This document shows, piece by piece, positions 42,508 through 51,030 of a DNA stretch of 64,000 nucleotides (positions within the stretch are counted from its first letter, which is position 1; the number at the start of each line of letters is the position of its first letter). The DNA lies in assembly GCA_963711915.1 (NCBI GenBank), contig CAVQGA010000022.1:232943-296942 (forward strand). Reading direction: 5' to 3'. The notes beneath the pieces were generated by a model. That model saw nothing but the letters and a program-made list of their open reading frames with translations, ran no database searches and had not been told where the DNA came from. This stretch comes from an uncultured Gemmatimonadales bacterium. Lineage in GTDB: Bacteria; Gemmatimonadota; Gemmatimonadetes; Gemmatimonadales; GWC2-71-9. The translations under genes and the position numbers were made by a program.

Positions 42508-44223
42508 ATGACCGCCGACGGCTGGCTCCAGATCGCCTGGTTCACGCTCGCGGTGCTGCTCGTGACCAAGCCGCTCGGAGTGTATCTCGTCGCGGTGTAC
42601 GAGGGCCGCGTGCGCTGGCTCGCGCCGCTCGAGCGCCTCTGCTACCGCGTCGCCGGCATCGATCCCGACGCCGAGCAGCACTGGACCGCCTATGCCGCCG
42701 CCATGCTGCTGTTCAGCGCGGCGAGCATGCTCCTCACCTACGCCGCCCTCCGCCTTCAGGCGCGGCTGCCGCTCAACCCGCAGGGATTCGGCCCGCTTCC
42801 CGACCGCCAGGCATTCGAGACCGCCGCCTCGTTCACGAGCAACACCAACTGGCAGTCGTACGCGGGCGAATCGACGATGTCGTATCTCTCGCAGATGAGC
42901 CAGCTCGCGTTCCACAACTTCGTGTCGGCGGCCGTCGGAATGGCGCTGGCCGTGGCGCTCGTCCGCGGCATCGCGCGGCGCTCGGCGGGCACGCTGGGCA
43001 ACTTCTGGGCCGATCTCGTCCGCGGCACGCTGTACGTGCTGCTGCCCCTCTCGCTCGTCCTCGCGCTTCTCATGATCCAGCAGGGCGTGATCCAGAACTT
43101 CGACGGCTACCGTCAGGTCATCACGCTCGAAGGGGCCAAGCAGACGATCGCCATGGGGCCGGTGGCGAGCCAGGAGGCCATCAAGCAGATCGGCACCAAC
43201 GGAGGCGGCTTCTTCAATGCCAACGCGGCCCACCCGTTCGAGAACCCGACCCCGTGGACCAACTTCTGGTCGATGCTCGCGATCTTCGCGATCCCCTCCG
43301 CCATGACCTACCTCCTGGGCCGCATGGTCCGGAACCAGCGCCACGGATGGGCGCTCTGGTCCGCCATGTTCATGCTGTTCCTCGCCGGTGTCACGACCGC
43401 CTACCGGGCCGAGGCGCTCGGCAACCCCATCCACGCGGCGCGCGGGGTGGACGTGGCCGCCTCGGCCGGCAACCCCGGCGGCAACATGGAAGGCAAGGAG
43501 GTGCGGTTCGGGATCGCCAACTCCGCGCTGTACGCCACCGTGACCACCGACGCCTCGTGCGGCGCCGTCAACGCGATGCACGACTCCTTCACCCCGGTCG
43601 GCGGCCTGGTGCCGCTGCTCGACATCCAGCTCGGTGAGCTGATCTTCGGCGGCGTGGGCGCCGGGCTCTACGGCATGCTCGTGATGGTGATCCTGACCGT
43701 CTTCATCGCCGGCCTCATGGTCGGACGGACGCCCGAGTACCTCGGGAAGAAGCTCCGGGCGCGCGAGATCCAGGCGGCGATGCTGTACGTGCTGGTCTTC
43801 CCGGCCGCAATCCTCACGCTCACCGCCGTTTCCGTCCTGCTCCCGTCCGGGCTCGCCGGCCTCAATAACGCCGGCCCCCACGGGCTGTCGGAGATCCTGT
43901 ACGCGTTCAGCTCCACCACTGGCAACAATGGGAGCGCGTTCGCCGGCCTCACGGGGACCACGTACTACTACAACACGCTGTTCGGTGCGGCCATGCTGAT
44001 CGGGCGCTTCGCCATGATCGTGCCGATGGTCGCGCTGGGCGGGTTCCTCAGCGAACAGCAGCCGGCGAGCGAGACGGCCAGCACGTTTCCGATCACGACG
44101 CCGCTGTTCGTGGCGCTCCTGATCGGCGTGATCGTCATCGTCGGCGCGCTCACGTTCTTTCCGGCGCTCTCGCTCGGGCCGATCGTCGAGCAGCTGATGA
44201 TGGGCGCGGGGCGGGTGGGGTGA
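42508..44223 (+). CDS. kdpA: K+-transporting ATPase subunit A
   Basis: NTNWQSYAGE, IKQIGTNGGGFF and SSTTGNNGSAFAG selectivity-filter-like motifs. Confidence 0.95.
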   Translation: MTADGWLQIAWFTLAVLLVTKPLGVYLVAVYEGRVRWLAPLERLCYRVAGIDPDAEQHWTAYAAAMLLFSAASMLLTYAALRLQARLPLNPQGFGPLPDRQAFETAASFTSNTNWQSYAGESTMSYLSQMSQLAFHNFVSAAVGMALAVALVRGIARRSAGTLGNFWADLVRGTLYVLLPLSLVLALLMIQQGVIQNFDGYRQVITLEGAKQTIAMGPVASQEAIKQIGTNGGGFFNANAAHPFENPTPWTNFWSMLAIFAIPSAMTYLLGRMVRNQRHGWALWSAMFMLFLAGVTTAYRAEALGNPIHAARGVDVAASAGNPGGNMEGKEVRFGIANSALYATVTTDASCGAVNAMHDSFTPVGGLVPLLDIQLGELIFGGVGAGLYGMLVMVILTVFIAGLMVGRTPEYLGKKLRAREIQAAMLYVLVFPAAILTLTAVSVLLPSGLAGLNNAGPHGLSEILYAFSSTTGNNGSAFAGLTGTTYYYNTLFGAAMLIGRFAMIVPMVALGGFLSEQQPASETASTFPITTPLFVALLIGVIVIVGALTFFPALSLGPIVEQLMMGAGRVG

Positions 44224-44247
44224 TGAGCGTTCGTGCTGGACGCCGCC

Positions 44248-44467
44248 GTCATCTCGAGCGGGGCCGCGGTCATCTCGAGCGGAGCCGCCGTCATCCCGGC
44301 TCCGGCGAGGGAGCCCGCCGCTGTCATCCCGAGCGCAGCGAGGGATCTGCTCCTCGGGGGTTCGAGCTCGGCCCGGCAAGATCCCTCGCTGCGCTCGGGA
44401 TGACGGCGGCTGCGCCCGGGATGACGGCGGCTGCGCTCGGGATGACAGGGCCTGCCCTCGGGATGAC
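44248..44467. repeat. nested palindromic repeat cluster between kdpA and kdpB (4 left + 4 right arms)
   Basis: GTCATC arms start at 44248, 44269, 44290 and 44323. GATGAC arms end at 44404, 44425, 44446 and 44467 (21-nt phasing). The central arms are near-identical to the canonical element at 14427-14509. Confidence 0.9.
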
Positions 44468-44511
44468 GACGCGTCCGCGCCGGCGCATCAATGCCTCGGA
44501 GCCCTCCTGAC

Positions 44512-46581
44512 ATGCCCCTCTCCCACCGCCCCCTCTTCGATCCCCCGATCGTCCGGCGCGCCGCGTACGAAGCCGTGTACAAGCTCGATCCGCGGCACAT
44601 GCTCCGGAACCCGGTGATGTTCGTGGTGCTCGTCGGGAGCGCGCTCACCACGGTCGCCTTGGGGTGGGATGCGGCGACCGGCCGGGGCGACCTGGGCTTT
44701 ACGCTCCAGCTCGCGCTCTGGCTCTGGTTCACGGTGCTGTTCGCCAACTTCGCCGAAGCGATGGCGGAGGGACGGGGCAAGGCCCAGGCGGACGCGCTCC
44801 GCGGCACCCGGCACCAGACCCGCGCCAAGCGGCTCACGACCCCAGGCGACCATCTCGATTTCCTGTCGGTGTTCGCCACCGAGCTTCGGACCGGCGACCA
44901 CGTCCTGGTCAAGGCCGGCGACCTGATCCCTTCCGACGGCGACGTCGTAGAAGGCGTCGCATCGGTGGACGAGTCGGCCATCACCGGCGAGAGCGCGCCC
45001 GTCATCCGCGAGTCCGGCGGCGACCGCTCGGCCGTGACCGGCGGGACCCGCGTGCTCTCCGACTGGCTCGTCGTCAAGGTGACGGCCAATCCGGGCGAGA
45101 CCTTCATCGACCGAATGATCGCGCTGGTCGAGGGCGCGAGCCGGCAGAAGACCCCGAACGAGATCGCGCTCACGATTCTGCTCTCGGGGCTCACGGTCGT
45201 CTTCCTGCTCGCCGTGGTGACGCTCGCGCCGTTCGCGGTCTACAGCGGTGGCTCGGTGGCGGTGCCGGTGCTCATCGCGCTCCTCGTCTGCCTCATCCCG
45301 ACCACCATCGGCGGGCTGCTGTCGGCCATCGGCATCGCGGGCATGGACCGGCTCATTCAGCAGAACGTGATCGCGATGAGCGGCCGCGCCGTCGAAGCCG
45401 CGGGCGATGTGGACACGCTGCTGCTCGACAAAACCGGCACGATCACGCTCGGCAACCGGCAGGCGGTGGCGTTCCTGCCGGTCGGCAACGTCCGCGTCGA
45501 GGACCTGGCCGAGCGCTCGCAGCTCGCCTCGCTGCCGGACGAGACGCCCGAGGGCCGGAGCATCGTGGTGCTGGCCAAGGAGCGGTTCGGGCTCCGCGGC
45601 CGGAGCACGGCGGGCGAGGATGGCCGGCCGGCCATGACGTTCGTCCCCTTCTCCGCGGCCACGCGGATGAGCGGCGTCAACCTCGGCCCGGCACAGCTCC
45701 GGAAGGGCGCCGCCGACGCGATCGCGCGCTGGGTGACCGAGAGCGGCGGCACGATCCCTCCCGAGACCAACGCCGTCGTCGAGTCGATCGCCCGGCAGGG
45801 CGGGACCCCGCTGGTCGTGGCCGAGCGCGAGAACGGCGGGACCCGCGTCCTCGGCGCGGTCCACCTCAAGGACGTGGTCAAGGGCGGGATGCGCGAGCGG
45901 TTCGTCCGTCTCCGCGCGATGGGCATCCGCACCGTCATGATCACCGGCGACAACCCGCTGACCGCCGCCGCCATCGCCGCCGAGGCCGGGGTGGATGACT
46001 TCCTGGCCGAAGCGCGGCCCGAGGACAAGCTCGCGCTCATACGGGGGGAGCAGGCGGGGGGACGGCTCGTCGCCATGGCCGGCGACGGCACCAACGACGC
46101 CCCGGCGCTCGCCCAGGCGGACGTGGGCGTGGCAATGAATACCGGCACCCAGGCGGCCCGGGAGGCCGGCAACATGGTGGACCTCGACTCCAACCCCACC
46201 AAGCTGATCGAGATCGTGGAGATCGGGAAGCAGCTCCTGATGACCCGCGGCTCGCTCACCACATTCTCGATCTCCAATGACGTGGCCAAGTACTTCGCCA
46301 TCATTCCCGCGATGTTCGCCGCCACGTATCCCGCCTTGGGCGCGCTCAACCTCATGCGGCTCGCGTCGCCCAAGTCGGCGATCCTGAGCAGCGTGATCTT
46401 CAATGCACTGGTCATCGTGGCCCTCATCCCGCTGGCGCTCCGCGGCGTGACCTACCGGCCGGCCGCGGCCGGCCTGATCCTGCGGCGCAACCTCCTGATC
46501 TACGGCCTCGGCGGCCTCGTCGTGCCGTTCGCGGGCATCAAGCTGATCGATGTCTTCCTCACCGCCGTCGGACTGGTCTGA
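44512..46581 (+). CDS. kdpB: K+-transporting ATPase subunit B (P-type ATPase)
   Basis: [11 protein letters not shown]...LRNPVMFVV aligns with the E. coli KdpB N terminus. DKTGTIT phosphorylation site and [13 protein letters not shown]. An upstream in-frame ATG at 44491 is less likely. Confidence 0.95.
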   Translation: MPLSHRPLFDPPIVRRAAYEAVYKLDPRHMLRNPVMFVVLVGSALTTVALGWDAATGRGDLGFTLQLALWLWFTVLFANFAEAMAEGRGKAQADALRGTRHQTRAKRLTTPGDHLDFLSVFATELRTGDHVLVKAGDLIPSDGDVVEGVASVDESAITGESAPVIRESGGDRSAVTGGTRVLSDWLVVKVTANPGETFIDRMIALVEGASRQKTPNEIALTILLSGLTVVFLLAVVTLAPFAVYSGGSVAVPVLIALLVCLIPTTIGGLLSAIGIAGMDRLIQQNVIAMSGRAVEAAGDVDTLLLDKTGTITLGNRQAVAFLPVGNVRVEDLAERSQLASLPDETPEGRSIVVLAKERFGLRGRSTAGEDGRPAMTFVPFSAATRMSGVNLGPAQLRKGAADAIARWVTESGGTIPPETNAVVESIARQGGTPLVVAERENGGTRVLGAVHLKDVVKGGMRERFVRLRAMGIRTVMITGDNPLTAAAIAAEAGVDDFLAEARPEDKLALIRGEQAGGRLVAMAGDGTNDAPALAQADVGVAMNTGTQAAREAGNMVDLDSNPTKLIEIVEIGKQLLMTRGSLTTFSISNDVAKYFAIIPAMFAATYPALGALNLMRLASPKSAILSSVIFNALVIVALIPLALRGVTYRPAAAGLILRRNLLIYGLGGLVVPFAGIKLIDVFLTAVGLV

Positions 46582-46584
46582 GCC

Positions 46585-47184
46585 ATGTCTTCCATGCTGC
46601 GTACCCATCTCCGTCCGGCGATCGTGCTCACACTCCTGCTCTGCGCGCTCACCGGCCTGGCCTATCCCGCCCTGGTCACCGGGCTCGCGCAGGCGCTGTT
46701 CCCGTGGCAGGCCCACGGCAGCCTGGTCTCGGCGAAGGGCCGGGTGGTCGGCAGCGCGCTCATCGGGCAGCCGTTCACGCGGGCCGAGTACTTCCGCCCG
46801 CGCCCTTCCGCCGCCGGCCAGGGGTACGACGCCGCAGCGTCGGGCGGCACCAACAAGGGCCCGACGGACCGGAAGCTGGCCGACACTCTCGTTGCAGGCG
46901 CGGTCGCGGCCGCTATGGCGGAGGATGGCGCCGTCCGCGGCCATGTCCCCTCCGACATGGCGACCTCATCCGCCTCCGGCCTCGACCCGCACATCAGCCC
47001 CGCCAATGCCGAGCTCCAGGTCGCCCGCGTGGCGCGGGCGCGAGGCGTTTCGGTGGATTCCGTCAGAGCGGTGCTCCGGCGCCACACCGAAGGACGGCAG
47101 TTCGGCTTCTTCGGTGAGCCGCGCGTCAACGTGCTGTTGCTCAACCTGGCGCTCGACAGTCTGGTACCCCGGGACTCGCCCTGA
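46585..47184 (+). CDS. kdpC: K+-transporting ATPase subunit C
   Basis: Single N-terminal TM helix. SGLDPHISPANAELQVARVA motif. The stop codon lies within the first arm of the next repeat. Confidence 0.9.
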   Translation: MSSMLRTHLRPAIVLTLLLCALTGLAYPALVTGLAQALFPWQAHGSLVSAKGRVVGSALIGQPFTRAEYFRPRPSAAGQGYDAAASGGTNKGPTDRKLADTLVAGAVAAAMAEDGAVRGHVPSDMATSSASGLDPHISPANAELQVARVARARGVSVDSVRAVLRRHTEGRQFGFFGEPRVNVLLLNLALDSLVPRDSP

Positions 47185-47284
47185 GCGAAGCGAAGGGGCA
47201 TGCCGCCGGTGATGGTCCCCTTCGCGTCGCTCTTGCGCGACTCCCGGCGAGTATGTTTGAGGTCATCATGACGCCCTTCGTCCC
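47175..47284. repeat. palindromic repeat, divergent member, between kdpC and kdpD
   Basis: GAGCGAAGCGAAGGGG (47183-47198) pairs with CCCCTTCGCGTCGCTC (47217-47232) with one mismatch. A GGTCATCATGACG motif follows downstream. Confidence 0.7.
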
Positions 47285-50005
47285 ATGACCGCCAGGCGCC
47301 CCGATCCGGACGCGCTGCTGCGCCGCGTCCAGGCGGCATCGGACCGCGCCCGGCGCGGGCAGCTCAAGGTCTTCCTCGGCGCCTCGCCCGGCGTGGGGAA
47401 GACCTTCACCATGCTCGAGGCCGCGCGCGCGCAGCGGACCGAAGGCCTCGACGTGGTGGTGGGCGTCGTCGAGACTCACGGCCGCGCCGAGACCGCCCGG
47501 CTGCTCGAAGATCTGGAGGTACTGCCGCGTCAGCCGCTCGACTACCGCGGCACGGTGCTCCAGGAGTTCGATCTCGACGGCGCCCTGGCCCGCGCCCCCG
47601 CGCTGCTCCTGGTGGACGAGCTGGCCCACTCCAACGCCCCCGGGTCGCGTCACGCCAAGCGCTGGCAGGACGTCGAGGAGCTGCTCGCCGCCGGCATCAA
47701 CGTCTACACCGCGATCAACATTCAGCACATCGAGAGCCTGAACGACGTGGTCGCCTCGATCACCGGCGTGAAGGTGCGCGAGACCATTCCCGACGTGGTA
47801 CTGGAGCGGGCCGACGAGGTGGAGCTGGTGGACGTCTCGCCCGACATCCTCCAGCAGCGGCTCCGCGAGGGCAAGGTCTACATCCCCGAGCAGGCCGGCC
47901 GCGCGATCGAACGGTTCTTCCGCAAGGGGAACCTGATCGCGCTCCGCGAGCTCGCGCTCCGCCGCACCGCCGAGCGGGTCGATGCCCAGATGCGCGGCTA
48001 CATGGCCGAGCAGGGCATCCGCGAGACCTGGGCGGCGGGCGAGCGCCTCCTGGTCTGCATCGGGCCGAGCGCGCGGGCGGGGCGGCTGGTCCGAGCCACG
48101 CGGCGGATGGCGGCGCGGGCCCACGCGGAATGGTTCGCGGTGCACGTCGAGTCGCCGCGCGACCAGCGGCTCACGCGCGAGGAGCGGGAGGATATCCTGC
48201 GGGCGCTGGAGCTCACCGAGCAGCTCGGCGGCCGGGCGGTGACGCTGAGCGGGCAGAGCGTCGCCGACGAGCTCCTGGCCTGGGCGCGCGAGCACAACAT
48301 CACCCGCATCGTCACCGGCAAGACCCGCCGTCCCCGCTGGCGCGAGCGGTTCGGGAGCGCGCTGCTCGATACCCTGGTCCGCGGGAGTGGCGGCATCGAG
48401 ATCCTCGCCATCACCGGCGCCGAGGAAGACGAGGGGCAGCCGCGACCGTCGGCGCCCCCGCCACCGCGCCCTTCGTCGGGCCGCGAGTACCTGGCCGCGG
48501 CCGGCATCGCCGTCATTCCCACGGTGATCGGCATGCTGGTCCGGCGCGCCGGCGTGGCCGTGCCGCCGATCGACGCGGCGATGCTCTACCTGCTGGCCGT
48601 CGTCGTCGCCGCGTCGCGCTTCAGGCGGGGGCCGGCGCTCGTGGCGTCACTGGTCGGCATCGCCTCGTTCGACTTCTTCTTCGTGCATCCCTTCTTCACC
48701 TTCTCGGTGGCGGACGTCCGCTACGTGCTGACCTTCGGCGTCATGCTGGTCGTGGCGCTGGTGATGGGCAACCTCACCGGCCGGATCCGGAATCAGGCCG
48801 AGGCCGCGCGCGCGCGGGAGCAGCGGACCTCGGCGCTGTACGGGTTGAGCCGCGAGCTGGCGACGGCCCGGGACCGCGACGCGGTCGCCGCCGCCGCGCT
48901 CCGGAGCCTGAGGGACACGTTCGCGCTGGAGGCGGCGGTGCTGCTCCCGGGCGAGGCCGACGCGGTGGCCGCCGTCGGCACGCCGCCCTACCCGCTCGAC
49001 GAGCGCGAGCGGGCGGTGGCACAGTGGAGCTTCGACCACACTCAGGCGGCGGGGCGCGGCACTCCTACGCTTCCGGCCGCGCGCGCGCTGTACGTGCCGC
49101 TTGTGGCGGCGGGTGGAACGGTGGGCATCCTCGGCCTCCCGCTGCCCGACCCGGCCGACTTCCGCGACCCCGCGCGCCGCCGGCTGCTCGACTCGCTCGC
49201 GGGTCAGACCGCGGTGGCCATCGAGCGGCTGGCGCTGGCCGAGCGGAATCGTGAGTCCGAGGTGGAGGTGGAGGCCGAGCGGCTGCGCACGGCGCTCCTG
49301 AGCTCGCTCTCGCACGACATGCGGACGCCGCTCGCCTCGATCGAGGGCGCGGCGAGCACGCTGCTGCAGGATGCCGAGCCCGATCCGGCCGCGCGGCGCG
49401 AGCTCGCGACCACGATCGTCCAGGAATCGCACCGGATGGGGCGGCTGGTGGCCAACCTGCTCGACATGATCCGGGTCGAGGCCGGCTCGCTCCAGGTACA
49501 GAAGGAGTGGCAGCTCCTGCCCGACGCGATCGGCGTGGCGCTGCTCCGGACCGAAGAGCAGCTCCGCGACCATCCCGTCACCACGCACTTCCGGGCCGAC
49601 CTGCCGCTGGTGCCGATGGACGAGATCCTGCTGGAGCAGGTGTTCGTCAACCTGCTCGAGAACGCGGCCAAGCACACGCCGGCCGGCACCGCGATCGAGG
49701 TCGGCGCCGAGAGCCGCGCGGGCGAGGTCGTGGCGTACGTGGCCGACCGCGGGCCCGGGCTCGCGCCCGGCGAGGAGGAGACCGTCTTTCACAAGTTCTA
49801 TCGCGGCGGCACCGGCGCGGGGGGCGTGGGCCTCGGCCTCACCATCTGCCGCGGCATCGTCACCGCGCACGGCGGCCGCATCTGGGCGGAGCGGCGTCCG
49901 GGAGGGGGAACGGTCTTTCGGGTGGCGCTCCCCATCACCGGCACCCCGCCGGAGCTCGTCACCGAGGAGGCCGGATGGACGGCGCTGCCCCCCTCGTCCT
50001 CCTGA
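47285..50005 (+). CDS. kdpD: sensor histidine kinase KdpD
   Basis: N-terminal KdpD domain GASPGVGKTFTML, Usp-like region, 4 TM helices, H-box SLSHDMRTPLASI, and the DRGPGL / GVGLGLTIC boxes. Confidence 0.95.
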   Translation: MTARRPDPDALLRRVQAASDRARRGQLKVFLGASPGVGKTFTMLEAARAQRTEGLDVVVGVVETHGRAETARLLEDLEVLPRQPLDYRGTVLQEFDLDGALARAPALLLVDELAHSNAPGSRHAKRWQDVEELLAAGINVYTAINIQHIESLNDVVASITGVKVRETIPDVVLERADEVELVDVSPDILQQRLREGKVYIPEQAGRAIERFFRKGNLIALRELALRRTAERVDAQMRGYMAEQGIRETWAAGERLLVCIGPSARAGRLVRATRRMAARAHAEWFAVHVESPRDQRLTREEREDILRALELTEQLGGRAVTLSGQSVADELLAWAREHNITRIVTGKTRRPRWRERFGSALLDTLVRGSGGIEILAITGAEEDEGQPRPSAPPPPRPSSGREYLAAAGIAVIPTVIGMLVRRAGVAVPPIDAAMLYLLAVVVAASRFRRGPALVASLVGIASFDFFFVHPFFTFSVADVRYVLTFGVMLVVALVMGNLTGRIRNQAEAARAREQRTSALYGLSRELATARDRDAVAAAALRSLRDTFALEAAVLLPGEADAVAAVGTPPYPLDERERAVAQWSFDHTQAAGRGTPTLPAARALYVPLVAAGGTVGILGLPLPDPADFRDPARRRLLDSLAGQTAVAIERLALAERNRESEVEVEAERLRTALLSSLSHDMRTPLASIEGAASTLLQDAEPDPAARRELATTIVQESHRMGRLVANLLDMIRVEAGSLQVQKEWQLLPDAIGVALLRTEEQLRDHPVTTHFRADLPLVPMDEILLEQVFVNLLENAAKHTPAGTAIEVGAESRAGEVVAYVADRGPGLAPGEEETVFHKFYRGGTGAGGVGLGLTICRGIVTAHGGRIWAERRPGGGTVFRVALPITGTPPELVTEEAGWTALPPSSS

Positions 50006-50673
50006 TCGAGGACGAGCCGCAGATGCGGCGCTTCCTCCGGACGGCGCTGTCGTCCAACGACTACCGACTGGTCGAGGCGGGGACGGCCAAGGAAGGGCTG
50101 GCGCACGCGGCTGCCCGGAATCCCGACGTCATCCTGCTCGACCTGGGCCTGCCCGACCGCGACGGCCTCGAGGTGGCGAAGGAGCTCCGCGAGTGGAGCA
50201 CCACGCCGATCATCGTGCTGTCGGCGCGCGGCCGCGAGGAGGACAAGGTGGCGGCTCTCGACCTCGGCGCCGACGACTACCTCACCAAGCCGTTCGGCGT
50301 GGACGAGCTGCTCGCCCGGATCCGGGTGGCGCTCCGGCACGCGGCGCGCCCGGCGGGCGCCGCGCCCGAGCCGATCTTCCAGGCAGGCGAGCTCAAGGTG
50401 GACCTGGCCGCGCGGCGCGTGTGGCGGGCGGGGGAAGAGGTGCGCCTGACGCCCACCGAGTACAAGCTGCTGGGCGTGCTGGTGCGGAACGCCGGCAAGG
50501 TCTTGACCCACCGGCACCTGCTCAAGGAGGTGTGGGGCATCAACTACGTGAACCAGTCGCACTACGTGCGGGTGTATCTGGCGCAGCTCCGGCAGAAGCT
50601 CGAGGCCGATCCGGCGCGGCCGAGGCTGCTGGTGACGGAGCCGGGGGTGGGGTATCGACTGAAGGACGAGTGA
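49975..50673 (+). CDS. kdpE: response regulator KdpE (OmpR family)
   Basis: LIEDEPQMRR...LLDLGLPDRDG receiver domain. Winged-helix LTPTEYKLLGVL...GVGYRL. Overlaps kdpD by 31 nt. Confidence 0.9.
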   Translation: MDGAAPLVLLIEDEPQMRRFLRTALSSNDYRLVEAGTAKEGLAHAAARNPDVILLDLGLPDRDGLEVAKELREWSTTPIIVLSARGREEDKVAALDLGADDYLTKPFGVDELLARIRVALRHAARPAGAAPEPIFQAGELKVDLAARRVWRAGEEVRLTPTEYKLLGVLVRNAGKVLTHRHLLKEVWGINYVNQSHYVRVYLAQLRQKLEADPARPRLLVTEPGVGYRLKDE

Positions 50674-50698
50674 CGGTCGGAGGGGGGGATGGAACGGC

Positions 50699-50990
50699 GC
50701 GCGTCATCCCGATCGAAGCGAAGGATGACCGCCGGGGCGAGCCACCATCAGCCTTTGTCATCGTCGGTCTTGCCCGGATCCCTCCACCGCCGGCTGTTGG
50801 GAGCTGTCCGCGGCCCCGGAGCCCGCATCGCATTGCCCTTCCTCCGCGCACTCGCCAGCGTGGTCCTGCTCCAGGCGCCGCCGGCCCGGACGGCCGCTAC
50901 CGTCTCGCCGGCCGCCGGGCCCGCACCAGGTCACCGTCCGCTTTCTCGGCTATGCGTCCCACGATGACCGGCTCCGCCGGAGATGACCAG
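50699..50990. repeat. degenerate remnants of the GTCATCC/GGATGAC repeat family
   Basis: GCGTCATCCCGATCGAAGCGAAGGATGAC at 50701-50729, TTGTCATCG near 50755, CTTGCCCGGATCCCTC near 50769, and CACGATGACC...GAGATGACC near 50960-50990. Confidence 0.45.
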
Positions 50991-51030
50991 CCAGCGCCCG
51001 AGATGGCCCCAGACCTTCCCGATCCCCCCG

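Noticed and set aside
44248-44467. Tandem 19-21-nt repeats considered as a possible CRISPR array (also at 7919-7975 and 14500-14570)
   Set aside because: The period is far too short and there are no unique spacers. The repeats form mirror-image arms of a palindrome, and no cas genes are present.
42433-46944. 648-aa and 818-aa minus-strand ORFs (42433-44379, 44488-46944)
   Set aside because: They are antisense to kdpA and kdpB, with low-complexity R/G/E-rich sequences. The kdp genes are unambiguous.
50689-50967. 92-aa plus-strand ORF in the kdpE-ALDH gap
   Set aside because: It is composed largely of translated repeat remnants, with no RBS and an unconvincing composition.
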